IMG/VR virus record: IMGVR_UViG_3300037247_000747
Coordinates: 1 to 61,457 of that record
Length of the DNA: 61,457 bases
Origin: a virus
Lineage: Duplodnaviria > Caudoviricetes
Strand: one strand, 5' to 3'
The notes beneath the pieces were generated by a model, which saw only the letters and a program-made list of their open reading frames with translations, did no database searches and was not told the DNA's origin. Below are positions 29,401 to 37,950 of this stretch, in pieces. Position numbers and translations under genes: made by a program. Numbering within the stretch: the stretch's first letter is position 1; every line of letters starts with the position of its first letter.

Positions 29401-32389
29401 TTCCGGCCTTGACCTCAAAGTCGGCGGTGAAGGCATGAAAGCCTTTTATGATAAGATCCTTCCGTCTATGGTCAATAAGTTTTTCAATAAGCCGGTGTGG
29501 GGGAAAGCGAAGGTTGGAACTACTGGTATTTTAACATCAGACATAACCATTGCGGAAACAATTAATGGCGATTATATCGTAGAAACTAAAGGCGATAGGT
29601 ATTTTTATACGGGAAAAAAAGAACAGCGCTGGTCTTCTCATGAAGAAGATGCGATGGTTTTCAATACCAAACCCGAGGCTATGGCAGAGTTGAAAATCGT
29701 TAATAAAGACATTGCTTATTCCGCAACCGTCCACTCCCTCCCCATAACCCCAGAAATGCGCTCCAAAGCATTACGTGAGGGCATGCCTCTATTCTCCATT
29801 AAAAAGCCGGATATCATTCAAGAGAAGTTTGGGAAATCAACAAAAAGCGCAGGGGAAAAGATAGGCGGCGCCCTGGACACCATAAAAACTAAAGATAAAA
29901 GATCCGATTTAAAGTCATCCATTATTACCAAAGTCTTTGACCGATTAGAGCCCATCAACAAACATGATCTGTCAAAGGTGTCCTACATGCTCCACAGGCT
30001 TGAAACAGGATTCCAGGCTACCTTTGCTATGTTCCTCGAGCATGGCAAGTTGTCATGGAAAGAAGATGCTATGACGGTCACAACAAAAAATAAAGGTGTT
30101 CTTCCTTTCCTCCGGAGTATAGGGCCGGATTGGGAAAAGCTGTTATACTGGACAGCAGCTAAAAGGGCAGAAGTTCTGGAAACTGAGGGCCGGGAAAAAT
30201 GGCTTGATAAAACCGCCCGAGACAAGATTTTTAAATGGACAAATGAGAAACATGATGATGCATATTGGGAAAAACAAAATAAAAAGCTTCAAGAGTTTAA
30301 TTCTAATGTATTGGACATTGCCCAGGAAGCCGGTCTTATTGATCCGTTAAGCCGTAATGCCTGGCAGCAGGATTTCTATATTCCTTTTTACAGGATATTT
30401 GAAGATGAAGCGGCAAGACAGGAATTTCTATCTGCTCCCAGGTGGTCGAAGAAAAATATAACTTCCGGTATAAAAAGACTTAAAGGCGCCGAACAAACCA
30501 TAGGCGATCCTGTTGAAAACATCCTGCATAACTGGATGCACCTAATACATGAGTCTATGAGAAATAAAGCCAGGGCAGAGGCTTTTGATTCAGCCATAGC
30601 CACTGACAACACAAGCATTACTCCTGTCGATGAAGTGTTTTCTAATAAGAATTTAAGAAAGATGGCAAGAGACAAGGGAGCCTGGAAGCAGGGAATGAAA
30701 CGCCCGGAATTGATTGAGGCTGTCTTTGGTGATCCTGACTATGAACTTCCAAACCCATGGGCCACACAGAAGCAACGTGAAGCGGATAACGTCCTGACTT
30801 TCAGAAGGGAAGGCAAGCCGGTATATTTCAAGGTTAACGATCCTGAACTGTTCAATGCCCTTTCAAATCTTGATACTTCCAAGATGGATAACATCTTACT
30901 GAGGATGATGGGCAAATCAAAACAGCTACTTTCCTTTGGAGCTACTTTCAGCGCAGGCTTTAGGATTGCAAACCTTTTAAGGGATACGCTCCACACATCT
31001 ATTGTTTCCAAAGACTTTACACCCTTTCTTGATTCTGCAAAGGGCTTTGTGAAATCCATGAGGGAAGATCAGGACTTTATAGAGTTCATGGCTTCCGGGG
31101 CAGGGTTTGGTTCCTCCTATGTTCATTCAGACGATCCGAACATAGGGGCAAAGTATATTAAGCGGGTTTTAAAGAGTGAAATGAGCGCAAGCCACATACT
31201 CGATACGCCTAAGAAGCTGTGGGACTTCTGGGAAAAACTCGGTTCCGCTTCTGAAAATGCTGCAAGGGTCATGCTTTATAAGAACAGTTTGGAAAGAGGT
31301 AAAACCAACCTGGAAGCTGCATTTGAAGCAAGGGACATTATGGACTTTACAATGAAGGGTGGGTCCGGGACTGTTCAATTCCTGATTCAGACAATTCCTT
31401 TTTTAAATGCCAGGATGCAGGGTATATACCGATTAGGCCGGGGCTTTCAAGAGGACAGGAAGTCTTTTACAATTAAAGGTTTAATGCTGACAGCAGCCTC
31501 ATTGTCTTTATGGGCTCTTTTTAAAGATGATGATAGATACAAGGAGTTGGAGGATTGGGACAAACGAGCATATTATCATTTCTGGATTGGTGAGATGCAT
31601 TACAAAATACCAAAGCCTTTTGAAACAGGTGTGATCTTTTCATCCTTTCCGGAAGAACTTGGAAACATTATAAACGGGACCGATGATGGAAAGCATATCA
31701 TGGACTTTTTAGGGTATGCTTTAAACGATGTTTTCAGGCTTGAATTTCCCCAGGCCGTTAAACCCATAATCGAACAATGGGCTAATAAATCTTTCTTTAC
31801 TGACCGGCCAATAATAGGAAGGGGTATGGAAGGATTAGAGCCAGGACAGCAGTACACGCCATGGACAAGTAAATCCTTAAGGGTATTAGGGGATAAGCTG
31901 AACGTATCTCCTAAACGTGCTGAGGCTCTTGTGAACGGGTATACTGCGGCATTCGGTACATTTGTATTGTACGGTGCTGATAAACTCGCATATTACCTTT
32001 ATGACTTTCCGGAAGATCCTGAGAAATCAATAAGCGATGTGGAAGGCATAGGCCGGTTTGTAAAAGAGGGACCGGCAAGGCATACAAAATATGCAACTGC
32101 ATTCTATGAAACCGCGCGGGAAGTTGACATGCTGGCTAAAACTATCAGGCACTATCAAGTGACAGGCCAGCACTTGAAGGCCAAAAGCCTTAAAGAAAAG
32201 AATAAAGACCTGCTCAAAATCCGGAAAGGGTTAAACAGGACCAGGAAAACACTTTCTAAAATAAATAAGCAGATCCGGTTTATATCAGTGGGTAATCTAT
32301 CTCCTAAAGAAAAAAGACAGAGGATAGATAAGCTGACTGAGAAAAGGAATGAATTGGTTAAGAGGGTTTGGGAGGTTGTGCATTCTTAA
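23417..32389 (+). CDS. Giant polyvalent internal virion protein (InPase, HExxH metallopeptidase-like and C-terminal LPD38-like domains)
   Basis: IENPKGSER...YGY...GKDGEQIDV...FDEHK; HESVH; EEIQSDW; IPFLNARMQG...IPKPFETG...NKSFFTDRPI. Confidence 0.85.
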   Translation: MFNISQFRQQNPQFAEMDSYDLAHKVYSANPALQNAGVTFNDFAKQSGADEDYSSRNSGFVDTVKAIGAGSKTLWSQVKGSTASAIRGGDIDTQEGYADKVIRENQEIIQAYLAEYGKNKGDSFLNITPSDVATAISNMGFSGVAAVTGLAVGGATAALPVPGARPAAYATGSAAMGKVAYNMARDQFTQTFMDAVNEDRASRGTPSLTEEEWQPMKEGLDQKAHEYGLWEAIPEAIGGAVGFKIITAPLKGFLKKYLKDDIGNRMLGKLVSGGARLGATTAEQLVEETITQYGQGGIEADVGLRDERPTWKEAGKEIYGPTVALTAIMAGGAKGAHMGYEALTKKKAITTNEPTDLLKDAPIPEADPGPVQDRVHAPGDISGPTPMQVQNQEEINQAMPVHRSSDLLKTHEEEVSEKQEAELESLQQSMDDERQAQEWEAEITGQQQAEAQRQEELRREEIQRPYPDTNVSGQIPDKGLAHIVSSEVNGQKIKVNVTPTEAQKQAGNYLKGAINIQGMEISIENPKGSERTGVDENGKDWSVTMNHPYGYFNRTEGKDGEQIDVIVGPNPESEKAFVVDQINPNTGNFDEHKSLVGFKDKNSAREGYLSNYEEGWKGLGEITETPVDEFKAWIGDGKRKTLPYADHIAKKDEPAVKVGDIIHTMPDGSIMPGPEHKGSVPGSERKATQEDINALFELGEPKKPKKTQGAIQRKLTDSEIVKTEDVDAVEKLKKKIDKLVKIQDLMNAADKIVNKKNLSYDEKVAELLEIKDRIQSIEKQRTEKQVETKKPSKDVKKPEKLTKKQKALQEYQNYIGALSPEQTELAGDLVQEDPKYPSGQVLKIKKRLKDAKKPIPKIKPLKQSTKGANVRTIRGYINTVLSGINPGNMKGEVEELPVAAKFLFRKSGTPLDLAEEDLKANGWMHPDEDLLSELRDPEFLKRRPITKELEDIPEAELTKAEKEVRDIGKQDIEAGETAEFFEKKGFEMVGGKDITVADLNEGDKVFAEIDGVKDEYTVNGLNKEGEVIFQNGVQKEIDVFDKINIEAIKRVEEPKERDSFTVERYDKEADDIVDLGFNRGEYVKAFINKEKWSRGEIQGISHANKQAKVNNLWFGFGSIYKAKKPAEIKKKKVPLSEAITAAEKAPPGGFKEGDKVPKEQKPLLPPEKPTLLEKQVKEVPKPKRERKAKGVSAIEDQLLPGMGMNQRGLFDKKKPKEPVKKAPAVEEKETPFGESSKEVVVSPFEQAVDRVNKKYAKIISLPEVTTKSDFYSKIDEFEVTPKMLDTYLKESDNPVKEAKNIQSILADRVGELIETHRYESEKEGEQFEKELDGLLSIANGYISEKKVRVKTVQADTKKKPTKAKGLPTDRRVEKEGGSTEQYSTRKGDAADLSLSDIRSAFKGQEVGLGKDGNVWVITKSGHRLTIKNVESISDNEAAYSIGYGKALGGDIKPNISGSYQAGVIKIVRSIGDKFTLSHESVHWMEDVGILNKMDRNVLDNAVKKAGFGKGLSEQEARAQFIEQELINRDKYRKTPLGRVLQKIQDFIDGFINLVKKTSKGLVREIESGKVYDRKVGDRTYKTTVPAYSKTAGRWYSQMERFLSEKLPGKATPVILKGMLSNWAKKGEIKAEELEWSGVLEWLDQQEGKVTKQQVLDFLKENNVEVQEVVKGDIKPLEWKDAVKGGKFTVSSNPDLKIEHLPNGMFTLHTPGGTRDLHKTIDAAKQAGERVNKNIAEPETKFSQYQLPGGKNYKELILTLRGADLGYVTPQFHQYGDAADKNRLAWVRFNERTDSEGNKVLFIEEIQSDWHQEGRKKGYGETDTTGWKVLQDESVEGKWDVFDKDGRVVYSASGLGKEETLRLGKASALQPGVPDAPFKKTWPIMTMKRMVRHATENGFDKIAWTTGEMQADRYDLSKQVTKIETFGRTDAKTGEKTKTVEILPVGRVLPITLGVDNNGVIDNSPEVTAYLGRPLEEVIGKELAEKIIKGPPYQEYSGLDLKVGGEGMKAFYDKILPSMVNKFFNKPVWGKAKVGTTGILTSDITIAETINGDYIVETKGDRYFYTGKKEQRWSSHEEDAMVFNTKPEAMAELKIVNKDIAYSATVHSLPITPEMRSKALREGMPLFSIKKPDIIQEKFGKSTKSAGEKIGGALDTIKTKDKRSDLKSSIITKVFDRLEPINKHDLSKVSYMLHRLETGFQATFAMFLEHGKLSWKEDAMTVTTKNKGVLPFLRSIGPDWEKLLYWTAAKRAEVLETEGREKWLDKTARDKIFKWTNEKHDDAYWEKQNKKLQEFNSNVLDIAQEAGLIDPLSRNAWQQDFYIPFYRIFEDEAARQEFLSAPRWSKKNITSGIKRLKGAEQTIGDPVENILHNWMHLIHESMRNKARAEAFDSAIATDNTSITPVDEVFSNKNLRKMARDKGAWKQGMKRPELIEAVFGDPDYELPNPWATQKQREADNVLTFRREGKPVYFKVNDPELFNALSNLDTSKMDNILLRMMGKSKQLLSFGATFSAGFRIANLLRDTLHTSIVSKDFTPFLDSAKGFVKSMREDQDFIEFMASGAGFGSSYVHSDDPNIGAKYIKRVLKSEMSASHILDTPKKLWDFWEKLGSASENAARVMLYKNSLERGKTNLEAAFEARDIMDFTMKGGSGTVQFLIQTIPFLNARMQGIYRLGRGFQEDRKSFTIKGLMLTAASLSLWALFKDDDRYKELEDWDKRAYYHFWIGEMHYKIPKPFETGVIFSSFPEELGNIINGTDDGKHIMDFLGYALNDVFRLEFPQAVKPIIEQWANKSFFTDRPIIGRGMEGLEPGQQYTPWTSKSLRVLGDKLNVSPKRAEALVNGYTAAFGTFVLYGADKLAYYLYDFPEDPEKSISDVEGIGRFVKEGPARHTKYATAFYETAREVDMLAKTIRHYQVTGQHLKAKSLKEKNKDLLKIRKGLNRTRKTLSKINKQIRFISVGNLSPKEKRQRIDKLTEKRNELVKRVWEVVHS

Positions 32390-32813
32390 AGAGAGTTTTA
32401 AAGAGAATTTCCCGCCTTGCCGACATAAGCCATTCTTCTGATGGTGGTTCAAGTAATATCAAATAGCAAGAAAAACCACAGGCACAAACAATATGGCACC
32501 GGTCATCAATTGGGGATGTTTGCCGAGCATCTGATAAGAATACTTCTATCTTGTCGGACCGGCAGGAGGGGCAATATTTCAGGTTTTCAATCGCATTAGA
32601 ATTTTCAGCAGCTTTCCATGCATCCTTGGCAATCTGTTCTGCCGTTGCCGGAAAATCAACCAAGACGCACTCGGGATCGTCTATTCCTGTAATCTGGTTG
32701 TATGGTTTCCACCAATCTTCAAAGCTCATTTTCTTATAACCTGTGTTTTTAAGCTTAATTGGCTCTGATTTTTCAGGATGCTTGCCTTTGAAGTCTTTAA
32801 TTTCGGTTTTCAT
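32358..32813 (-). CDS. Hypothetical protein with Zn ribbon
   Basis: CPSC...CACG; last gene of the leftward arm. Confidence 0.55.
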   Translation of the reverse strand: MKTEIKDFKGKHPEKSEPIKLKNTGYKKMSFEDWWKPYNQITGIDDPECVLVDFPATAEQIAKDAWKAAENSNAIENLKYCPSCRSDKIEVFLSDARQTSPIDDRCHIVCACGFSCYLILLEPPSEEWLMSARREILFKTLFKNAQPPKPS

Positions 32814-32835
32814 CTTCTTCCCCTTTTTTATCCAT

Positions 32836-33072
32836 CTACCTATTAAATACTAATGTATACCCACCACCATCCCCATTAACGCTATTATCATTATCAGGCT
32901 TTGTGCTTGTTTCAAGTTCGCCACATTCATATGACACAAGAGGTTTTTTGCCAACTCTAACAGCAAGTTTTTTTAAAATAGCTTCATCCTCTTTAGTGTC
33001 AGCAACTATCTCAGTTCCCCACCAATGTCCTCTCCAATGCATAATCTCCCCCTTCTTAAACATCATCTTCAA
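32836..33072 (-). CDS. Hypothetical protein
   Basis: Co-oriented and tightly packed; the start may lie downstream. Confidence 0.5.
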   Translation of the reverse strand: MKMMFKKGEIMHWRGHWWGTEIVADTKEDEAILKKLAVRVGKKPLVSYECGELETSTKPDNDNSVNGDGGGYTLVFNR

Positions 33073-33411
33073 TTAAATTCCCATACCCCACATACTTTTA
33101 TGTTGTAATCTTGCCACTTCTGTTTCTGCAACATTCGGGGAAGTCTTTTCCTCCTTTAATACCTCTATCTTTGTCTGATAATGTTCCTTTTTCAGACTGA
33201 TGGTTTGAATGCTTGAGCCTGTGTTAATTATTACGGCAGGGACTTGAAAAAACTGTGTGTCATCTATGTCTCCCTGGTAGAAGGCTTCAACAGTTTGCGC
33301 CCAAGCTATGACATCTCCCTCATGTTCTGCGTAATACTGGTGTCCAGTTACTTTTATTTTTATTTTCACATCTCCCCCCTTTATCCTTCTATCTGGCAAA
33401 GTCTCACGCAT
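33073..33411 (-). CDS. Hypothetical protein
   Basis: Co-oriented; the likely start is the GTG near 33369. Confidence 0.5.
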   Translation of the reverse strand: MRETLPDRRIKGGDVKIKIKVTGHQYYAEHEGDVIAWAQTVEAFYQGDIDDTQFFQVPAVIINTGSSIQTISLKKEHYQTKIEVLKEEKTSPNVAETEVARLQHKSMWGMGI

Positions 33412-33439
33412 ACCAAACAGGCTTTTCTATTTGGCCATA

Positions 33440-34598
33440 CTCGTTATTTTTAGCGATATCCCAGGGGGCGGTACCGCATCTCTGATTTTGCCGATACCGG
33501 CCGGAATCACCGGTTATGGCGATGGGATATCGTTTAGACCAGTGCAAACCACTCACCATCTATCATCCCTAAAATAAATAAAGTACAATCAATGTCTTTT
33601 TCTTCAGATGATAGAGCTGTTTTCTTTAAAGTTTGATTGGCTTCATGATATGTTTCAAATTCACCGATTTGTCTATTGCTACCGTAAGGAATGAACTTTA
33701 CTACTTTGAAAGCTTTCGTTGGCATATTGTTTTCTCCTTCAGGCTTCACCGTCATTTTTAACGAGTGTGGCCATTAATAGATTCTAAAATTGCCCTACGT
33801 TCCAAAGCAGGCAGTTTCTTTAATCTGTTTGTCCATCTTTTGATTTTGCGCGTAATTCTTTCTCTTTCCCGGAAGTTTTTTCCCAAAAAAGAATAATCAT
33901 GTAGCTCTTTTGGTTTTGGGTAATTCATCCATACCCATTCGGTTGCAGGTCCTTGTCTTGTTTGGGCTGTGAATGAATGAGTGTTCCAGCCTTGAAGCAT
34001 GTCATTGTATAGTTCTGAATAATAGCCGGAGATCATGACCATGCAGGAAAGAGTTTTTAAGGTTTCAAGTAGTTTGACATGATCGCCTTCGGTGTACTCG
34101 AAATTATATAGTTTGCCGCCCTTCCTTGTTTCCATGAGGTAGGGTGGGTCTGAATAGATAAACTCGTTCCCGGCAAAATTTAATTTTTTTAGAAAGCTGC
34201 TTGCATCGACATTTTTAAAGTTGCGATACCAGGATTCATCGGTATTTTTAACGATCGGTGTTCTGGACGCATCGTTATTTTTGTCGAGTTTGGATCCCAT
34301 CGGTGAAAGTGGCGATCCCGTACGGAAGCAATCGCCAGAAATGCCGATATTACCTCGAGTTTTCCAGAGCTCAATAACATCTGGATCAATATCTATTCCG
34401 ATATTGTATTTTGCAGGCTTTTTGTACCGCATTATGGCCCCACCGCCTAAATGTGTTTCAATATATACTTCATGGGGCGGTATCAGATTGATTAATGTTT
34501 GATAAACACCGGCACCGCCTTTGCCTCCTGGATACCTCCAGGATGTATCGCCATTTTTGCCGGGGTGGTACCTCGGTGGCATCGACATATTTGATGGT
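33440..34598. repeat. Dispersed degenerate 18-bp palindromes, consensus ATCG-N10-CGAT (about 11 copies)
   Basis: Copies start at 33440, 33478, 33506, 33748, 34205, 34238, 34271, 34299, 34331, 34547 and 34581. Confidence 0.7.
33534..33755 (-). CDS. Hypothetical protein
   Basis: AAGGAG RBS precedes the internal MPTKAF start. Confidence 0.5.
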   Translation of the reverse strand: MTVKPEGENNMPTKAFKVVKFIPYGSNRQIGEFETYHEANQTLKKTALSSEEKDIDCTLFILGMIDGEWFALV

Positions 34599-34645
34599 TC
34601 AGGATCCGGCATAGATTTAATTATGCTGCCAGCAAGGACTTGCAA
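33758..34645 (-). CDS. DNA N6-adenine methyltransferase (Dam/D12 class)
   Basis: YPGGK, ETHLGGGA and YSDPPY motifs. Confidence 0.9.
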   Translation of the reverse strand: MQVLAGSIIKSMPDPEPSNMSMPPRYHPGKNGDTSWRYPGGKGGAGVYQTLINLIPPHEVYIETHLGGGAIMRYKKPAKYNIGIDIDPDVIELWKTRGNIGISGDCFRTGSPLSPMGSKLDKNNDASRTPIVKNTDESWYRNFKNVDASSFLKKLNFAGNEFIYSDPPYLMETRKGGKLYNFEYTEGDHVKLLETLKTLSCMVMISGYYSELYNDMLQGWNTHSFTAQTRQGPATEWVWMNYPKPKELHDYSFLGKNFRERERITRKIKRWTNRLKKLPALERRAILESINGHTR

Positions 34646-35985
34646 AGAGCTTCTGCGATCCTTACCGGTACAGCGTTTCCTATCTGTCTGACCTTATCTG
34701 TTTTTGTGCCTGCAAACTCATAGTCCTGGTCAAAGGACATTGCGGCTGCAAGTTCGTGTGGCTCCAACATTCTTAATGTGATATCAAGGTGTCCTGTAAG
34801 TTCCCCCTGGACAAGTCCGAAACGATCCTTTGTCGTGATGGTATCAAGGGGGTTATTGACAGGCTGGCTTTCACTACGTCCATAATATTTGATAAGGAAG
34901 GGCTCACAGAGGTACAAATGTGGATTTGTCGTGACTGTTGGCAACGGAGAGCTGATATCTCTGGTTTTGCTTTGACCTTTCATTATGGTTAGAAAAGGCT
35001 GAACAAGCGCCTCTGCGCCTGCGGTTGTGATTGTCGGCATAGGTTTCTCCAGGGAACAAACCCGAAGCTGATCTTTTCTGCCTCCTTGTTGTGGTAAAAG
35101 AAAAGGCTCACATAAAGCTATGTGCTGCCCATTTGCCGTGATGGTAGGAAGCGGCCTTTTGATGCTGCGTGAATTTCCTGTACCATAAAGCATGACAAGA
35201 AACGGATCTACATTTATCCCACTGTATTTTTTTAAACCATGGGCTATGCGGTCAATAGTGCGTTTTGCAAGGGGCTTTTTCCGGTTAAAGATGGATTTGC
35301 CCTTGATAGACCAGTCAATAATTTCTCTTGCCGGCTTCCACTTTTTTGTGGAGCCAAACAGTTCTTTTAATCCGTCCTGGCTGTGTGTTATTTCCGGCCA
35401 TTTAATTTTCCGGTTTCCCCTTCTGGCTATCATAAAGAATCTTCGCCTGGTTGTAGGATCACCATAATTAGCAGCATTGAGGATAGCCCAGTCTGTTTTA
35501 TATCCCAAAGACTCTAAGGCGTTTCTGAATGCCATAAAAGTGGCACCCTTTTTGGATTTCATGGGTTTGCCGTTTGCGCCGATAGGCCCCCAGTCAACAA
35601 ACTCTTTGACATTTTCTATGAGGATATTGTCAACATAAAGAGCCTCTGCCCACCTCAGGATATGCCATGCTGTTGACCTTGATTGATCTGAACAGGGTTT
35701 CCCCCCTCGAGCTATGCTGTGGTGAGTGCATTCAGGTGATGCGACAAGCAGATCCAGCCTGCCTCCTGGCACAACAACCCTTGGATTGATATTGTCCAGG
35801 GATTCACAGAAGTGTCTTGCCCCAGGGTGATTCCTGTTGTGTGTTTTAATGGCTATGTCCCAGTGGTTTATAGCCAGGAGGTCAACGTCCATACCTAATG
35901 ACCGGCAAGCCCGAATGAGTCCCGATGATGTTCCACCGGCTCCGCAGAAAAGGTCTGCAGCATAAATTATGTTTCCTTTTTTCAT
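34621..35985 (-). CDS. DNA C5-cytosine methyltransferase
   Basis: DLFCGAGG, ASPEC, ENV, RRRF and QIGNAV motifs. Confidence 0.93.
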   Translation of the reverse strand: MKKGNIIYAADLFCGAGGTSSGLIRACRSLGMDVDLLAINHWDIAIKTHNRNHPGARHFCESLDNINPRVVVPGGRLDLLVASPECTHHSIARGGKPCSDQSRSTAWHILRWAEALYVDNILIENVKEFVDWGPIGANGKPMKSKKGATFMAFRNALESLGYKTDWAILNAANYGDPTTRRRFFMIARRGNRKIKWPEITHSQDGLKELFGSTKKWKPAREIIDWSIKGKSIFNRKKPLAKRTIDRIAHGLKKYSGINVDPFLVMLYGTGNSRSIKRPLPTITANGQHIALCEPFLLPQQGGRKDQLRVCSLEKPMPTITTAGAEALVQPFLTIMKGQSKTRDISSPLPTVTTNPHLYLCEPFLIKYYGRSESQPVNNPLDTITTKDRFGLVQGELTGHLDITLRMLEPHELAAAMSFDQDYEFAGTKTDKVRQIGNAVPVRIAEALCKSLLAA

Positions 35986-36004
35986 TCCCCCTCCGATCCG
36001 GTTG

Positions 36005-36376
36005 CTACCACTTAATCAAATAACCTGTGAATGGTAGGCCGTGATTGTTTATGAAAAATTGTCTGAAATCTTGCACTGAGCTAAAACCATCAGCCAAAGC
36101 TAAATCTATCATTTCATTACAAAATAGTAATTTATTACAAGATAGTAATTTACCAGAAACAGCAATATAAGCAAAACCAATAGTTATAAGATCACTACTT
36201 TTACAGGTAGCCTCTCCAAGCTTTCGACATTGCTTTGTCCTCATGCCGGTATAGAGATAAAGCGTTTGCCCCGGCTTTGGATCACGATAATCTTTCCTGC
36301 AAGCTCTTATGGTTTGTTTCTTTTCACCAGATTCAACCATTGGTGCAAATTGTTTTTTAAAGTTTAGTGCTGGCAT
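36005..36376 (-). CDS. ASCH-domain protein
   Basis: GEKKQTIR, LYTGMRTK and LALADGF motifs. Confidence 0.8.
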   Translation of the reverse strand: MPALNFKKQFAPMVESGEKKQTIRACRKDYRDPKPGQTLYLYTGMRTKQCRKLGEATCKSSDLITIGFAYIAVSGKLLSCNKLLFCNEMIDLALADGFSSVQDFRQFFINNHGLPFTGYLIKW

Positions 36377-36623
36377 TTATACCCCTTCGTATTACAGCCC
36401 TAAAATGAGTTACGGTTTCATCGATATATTTGACTTTTTCCCAATGACCTTTAACTTTATTTGACTTTCCACGGTGTTTAAGCTGGTGTACAGTCAAACA
36501 CATACATTTATCACCTATTTTTGTTTTACCTGATTTAATTTGTGTCCAGCCTTTCGGAACAGGTAAAATACATTCCCAGGGGCCTCCGTTACCGTGATCC
36601 CATCCTTCATATTTTGCTTTCAT
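36357..36623 (-). CDS. Hypothetical protein
   Basis: Co-oriented and packed within the operon. Confidence 0.5.
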   Translation of the reverse strand: MKAKYEGWDHGNGGPWECILPVPKGWTQIKSGKTKIGDKCMCLTVHQLKHRGKSNKVKGHWEKVKYIDETVTHFRAVIRRGINASTKL

Positions 36624-36753
36624 TCTTCATCCTCATTAAATAAACCGCAGTCAACACACAGCCACCGGCCACTTTCTTCATATTCTAAGCATGTTTCACA
36701 TTCACAAAGGTGTGTTGCTTTATTGCCACATAGTTCGCATATTTCGTCTGGCA

Positions 36754-37698
36754 TCATTCATCCCCTGGAAACTCATCCCATGTTCTACCGTCTAAAAGCC
36801 TGCCTGCTTTCTTTTTGGAAGCTCTTTTGAAATATACTACCCTGTCACCATGAAAGCCTATCCCACCTTCAAGATTTATACGGCAAATGTTTTTGCTCTC
36901 CCTTGGTATCTTTCTCCAATCAGGATCGTCTTTACCTCTGTCATAGAATGGATACCATGAGCCCCATTGTTTAAAGAAAAAAGGCACACAGGCATCCTGG
37001 CACTGATCCCGCAGCGATCTTGCCCAGTCTGGATGCATTGGCCTTGCTTTGGAGCCGCTCTCACCGCCAACAACAAACCAGCGAGGGAGTTTTTTGTGTT
37101 TACTAAAATCAATGGGGCCGAGTAAAGGTTCTCCGGATACGAATAAATTAGTTATAGGAATTTGGGAGGCAATCTCCCACCTATCATCATATTGTTGCTG
37201 GTTTTCAGCGGTTATGCCGAGCCATATATTACTTGACCAATAGCCGGGATGTTTGGCATAAAATGAATGATAGAAACGTAGCATGTTTTCAGGACGCTTT
37301 GTCAATATTAAGAATGTACTCTGCCAGCAATGACGCATCATTAAAAAAGCTTGATCTAAAAATGATTCAGGATTGCACAGGCTTGGCTTGAGGCATTCCA
37401 TTACTTTAGGATGAAACAGATCATTCCACACAGCCCAAACAGTTGGTTTTCTAACTCGTGCTGGCTTTTCAAGATCATTATGCATCAACCTGACTCTACC
37501 AGACCATTCGCCGCCTTCATGCGTCAAACCAGCATAGCGAGCTTTTATCTTCGGGTTGTTTTGGTGAGATCTTGTTTCAGTTGCTTTTGCACTCCAACAA
37601 TTATCACAGCCGGGAGAAACGGGACTGCAGCCCTCAACAATTGATAGCGCCCGATCCCAGTACATTCCTTTTTCTATTCTTTTAGGGTCTGCTTTCAT
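36754..37698 (-). CDS. Phage Gp37/Gp68 (DUF5131) family protein
   Basis: GCSPVSPGCDNCW, DLFH, LTKRP, EPLLG, VGGESG and FFFKQWG motifs. Confidence 0.9.
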   Translation of the reverse strand: MKADPKRIEKGMYWDRALSIVEGCSPVSPGCDNCWSAKATETRSHQNNPKIKARYAGLTHEGGEWSGRVRLMHNDLEKPARVRKPTVWAVWNDLFHPKVMECLKPSLCNPESFLDQAFLMMRHCWQSTFLILTKRPENMLRFYHSFYAKHPGYWSSNIWLGITAENQQQYDDRWEIASQIPITNLFVSGEPLLGPIDFSKHKKLPRWFVVGGESGSKARPMHPDWARSLRDQCQDACVPFFFKQWGSWYPFYDRGKDDPDWRKIPRESKNICRINLEGGIGFHGDRVVYFKRASKKKAGRLLDGRTWDEFPGDE

Positions 37699-37949
37699 TT
37701 CTTCCCCTTTTTCTTTTCCTTCGGTTTTGGGGGAGTCAGTCTCTTGATCTCCAAGACATTTTTCTGAATCCGCTTTTGCAGTTCGACATACTGAAGCTGC
37801 ATTGTTTCAGCCTTACTTGTCAACGCAAGACCTACCGCCTGTGCTGCTCTGAGATTTGCTGCGTCTAGGTCTGCTTGCGTTATTTTTTTCTTTGCCCCTG
37901 CCGATGTTGCCATTAAAACAATTGCCGCGATGATAATCAGTCTTTTCAT
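37695..37949 (-). CDS. Small exported/coiled-coil protein
   Basis: Signal-like N-terminus MKRLIIIAAIVLMATSAGA. Confidence 0.55.
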   Translation of the reverse strand: MKRLIIIAAIVLMATSAGAKKKITQADLDAANLRAAQAVGLALTSKAETMQLQYVELQKRIQKNVLEIKRLTPPKPKEKKKGKK

Positions 37950-37950
37950 T

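Noticed and set aside
23457-32102. Many short antisense and alternate-frame ORFs in the track
   Set aside because: They are shadows of long, well-supported genes and lack recognisable motifs; the same applies to similar ORFs elsewhere.
33758-35985. Restriction-modification system
   Set aside because: No adjacent restriction endonuclease is recognisable; orphan MTases are common in phages.
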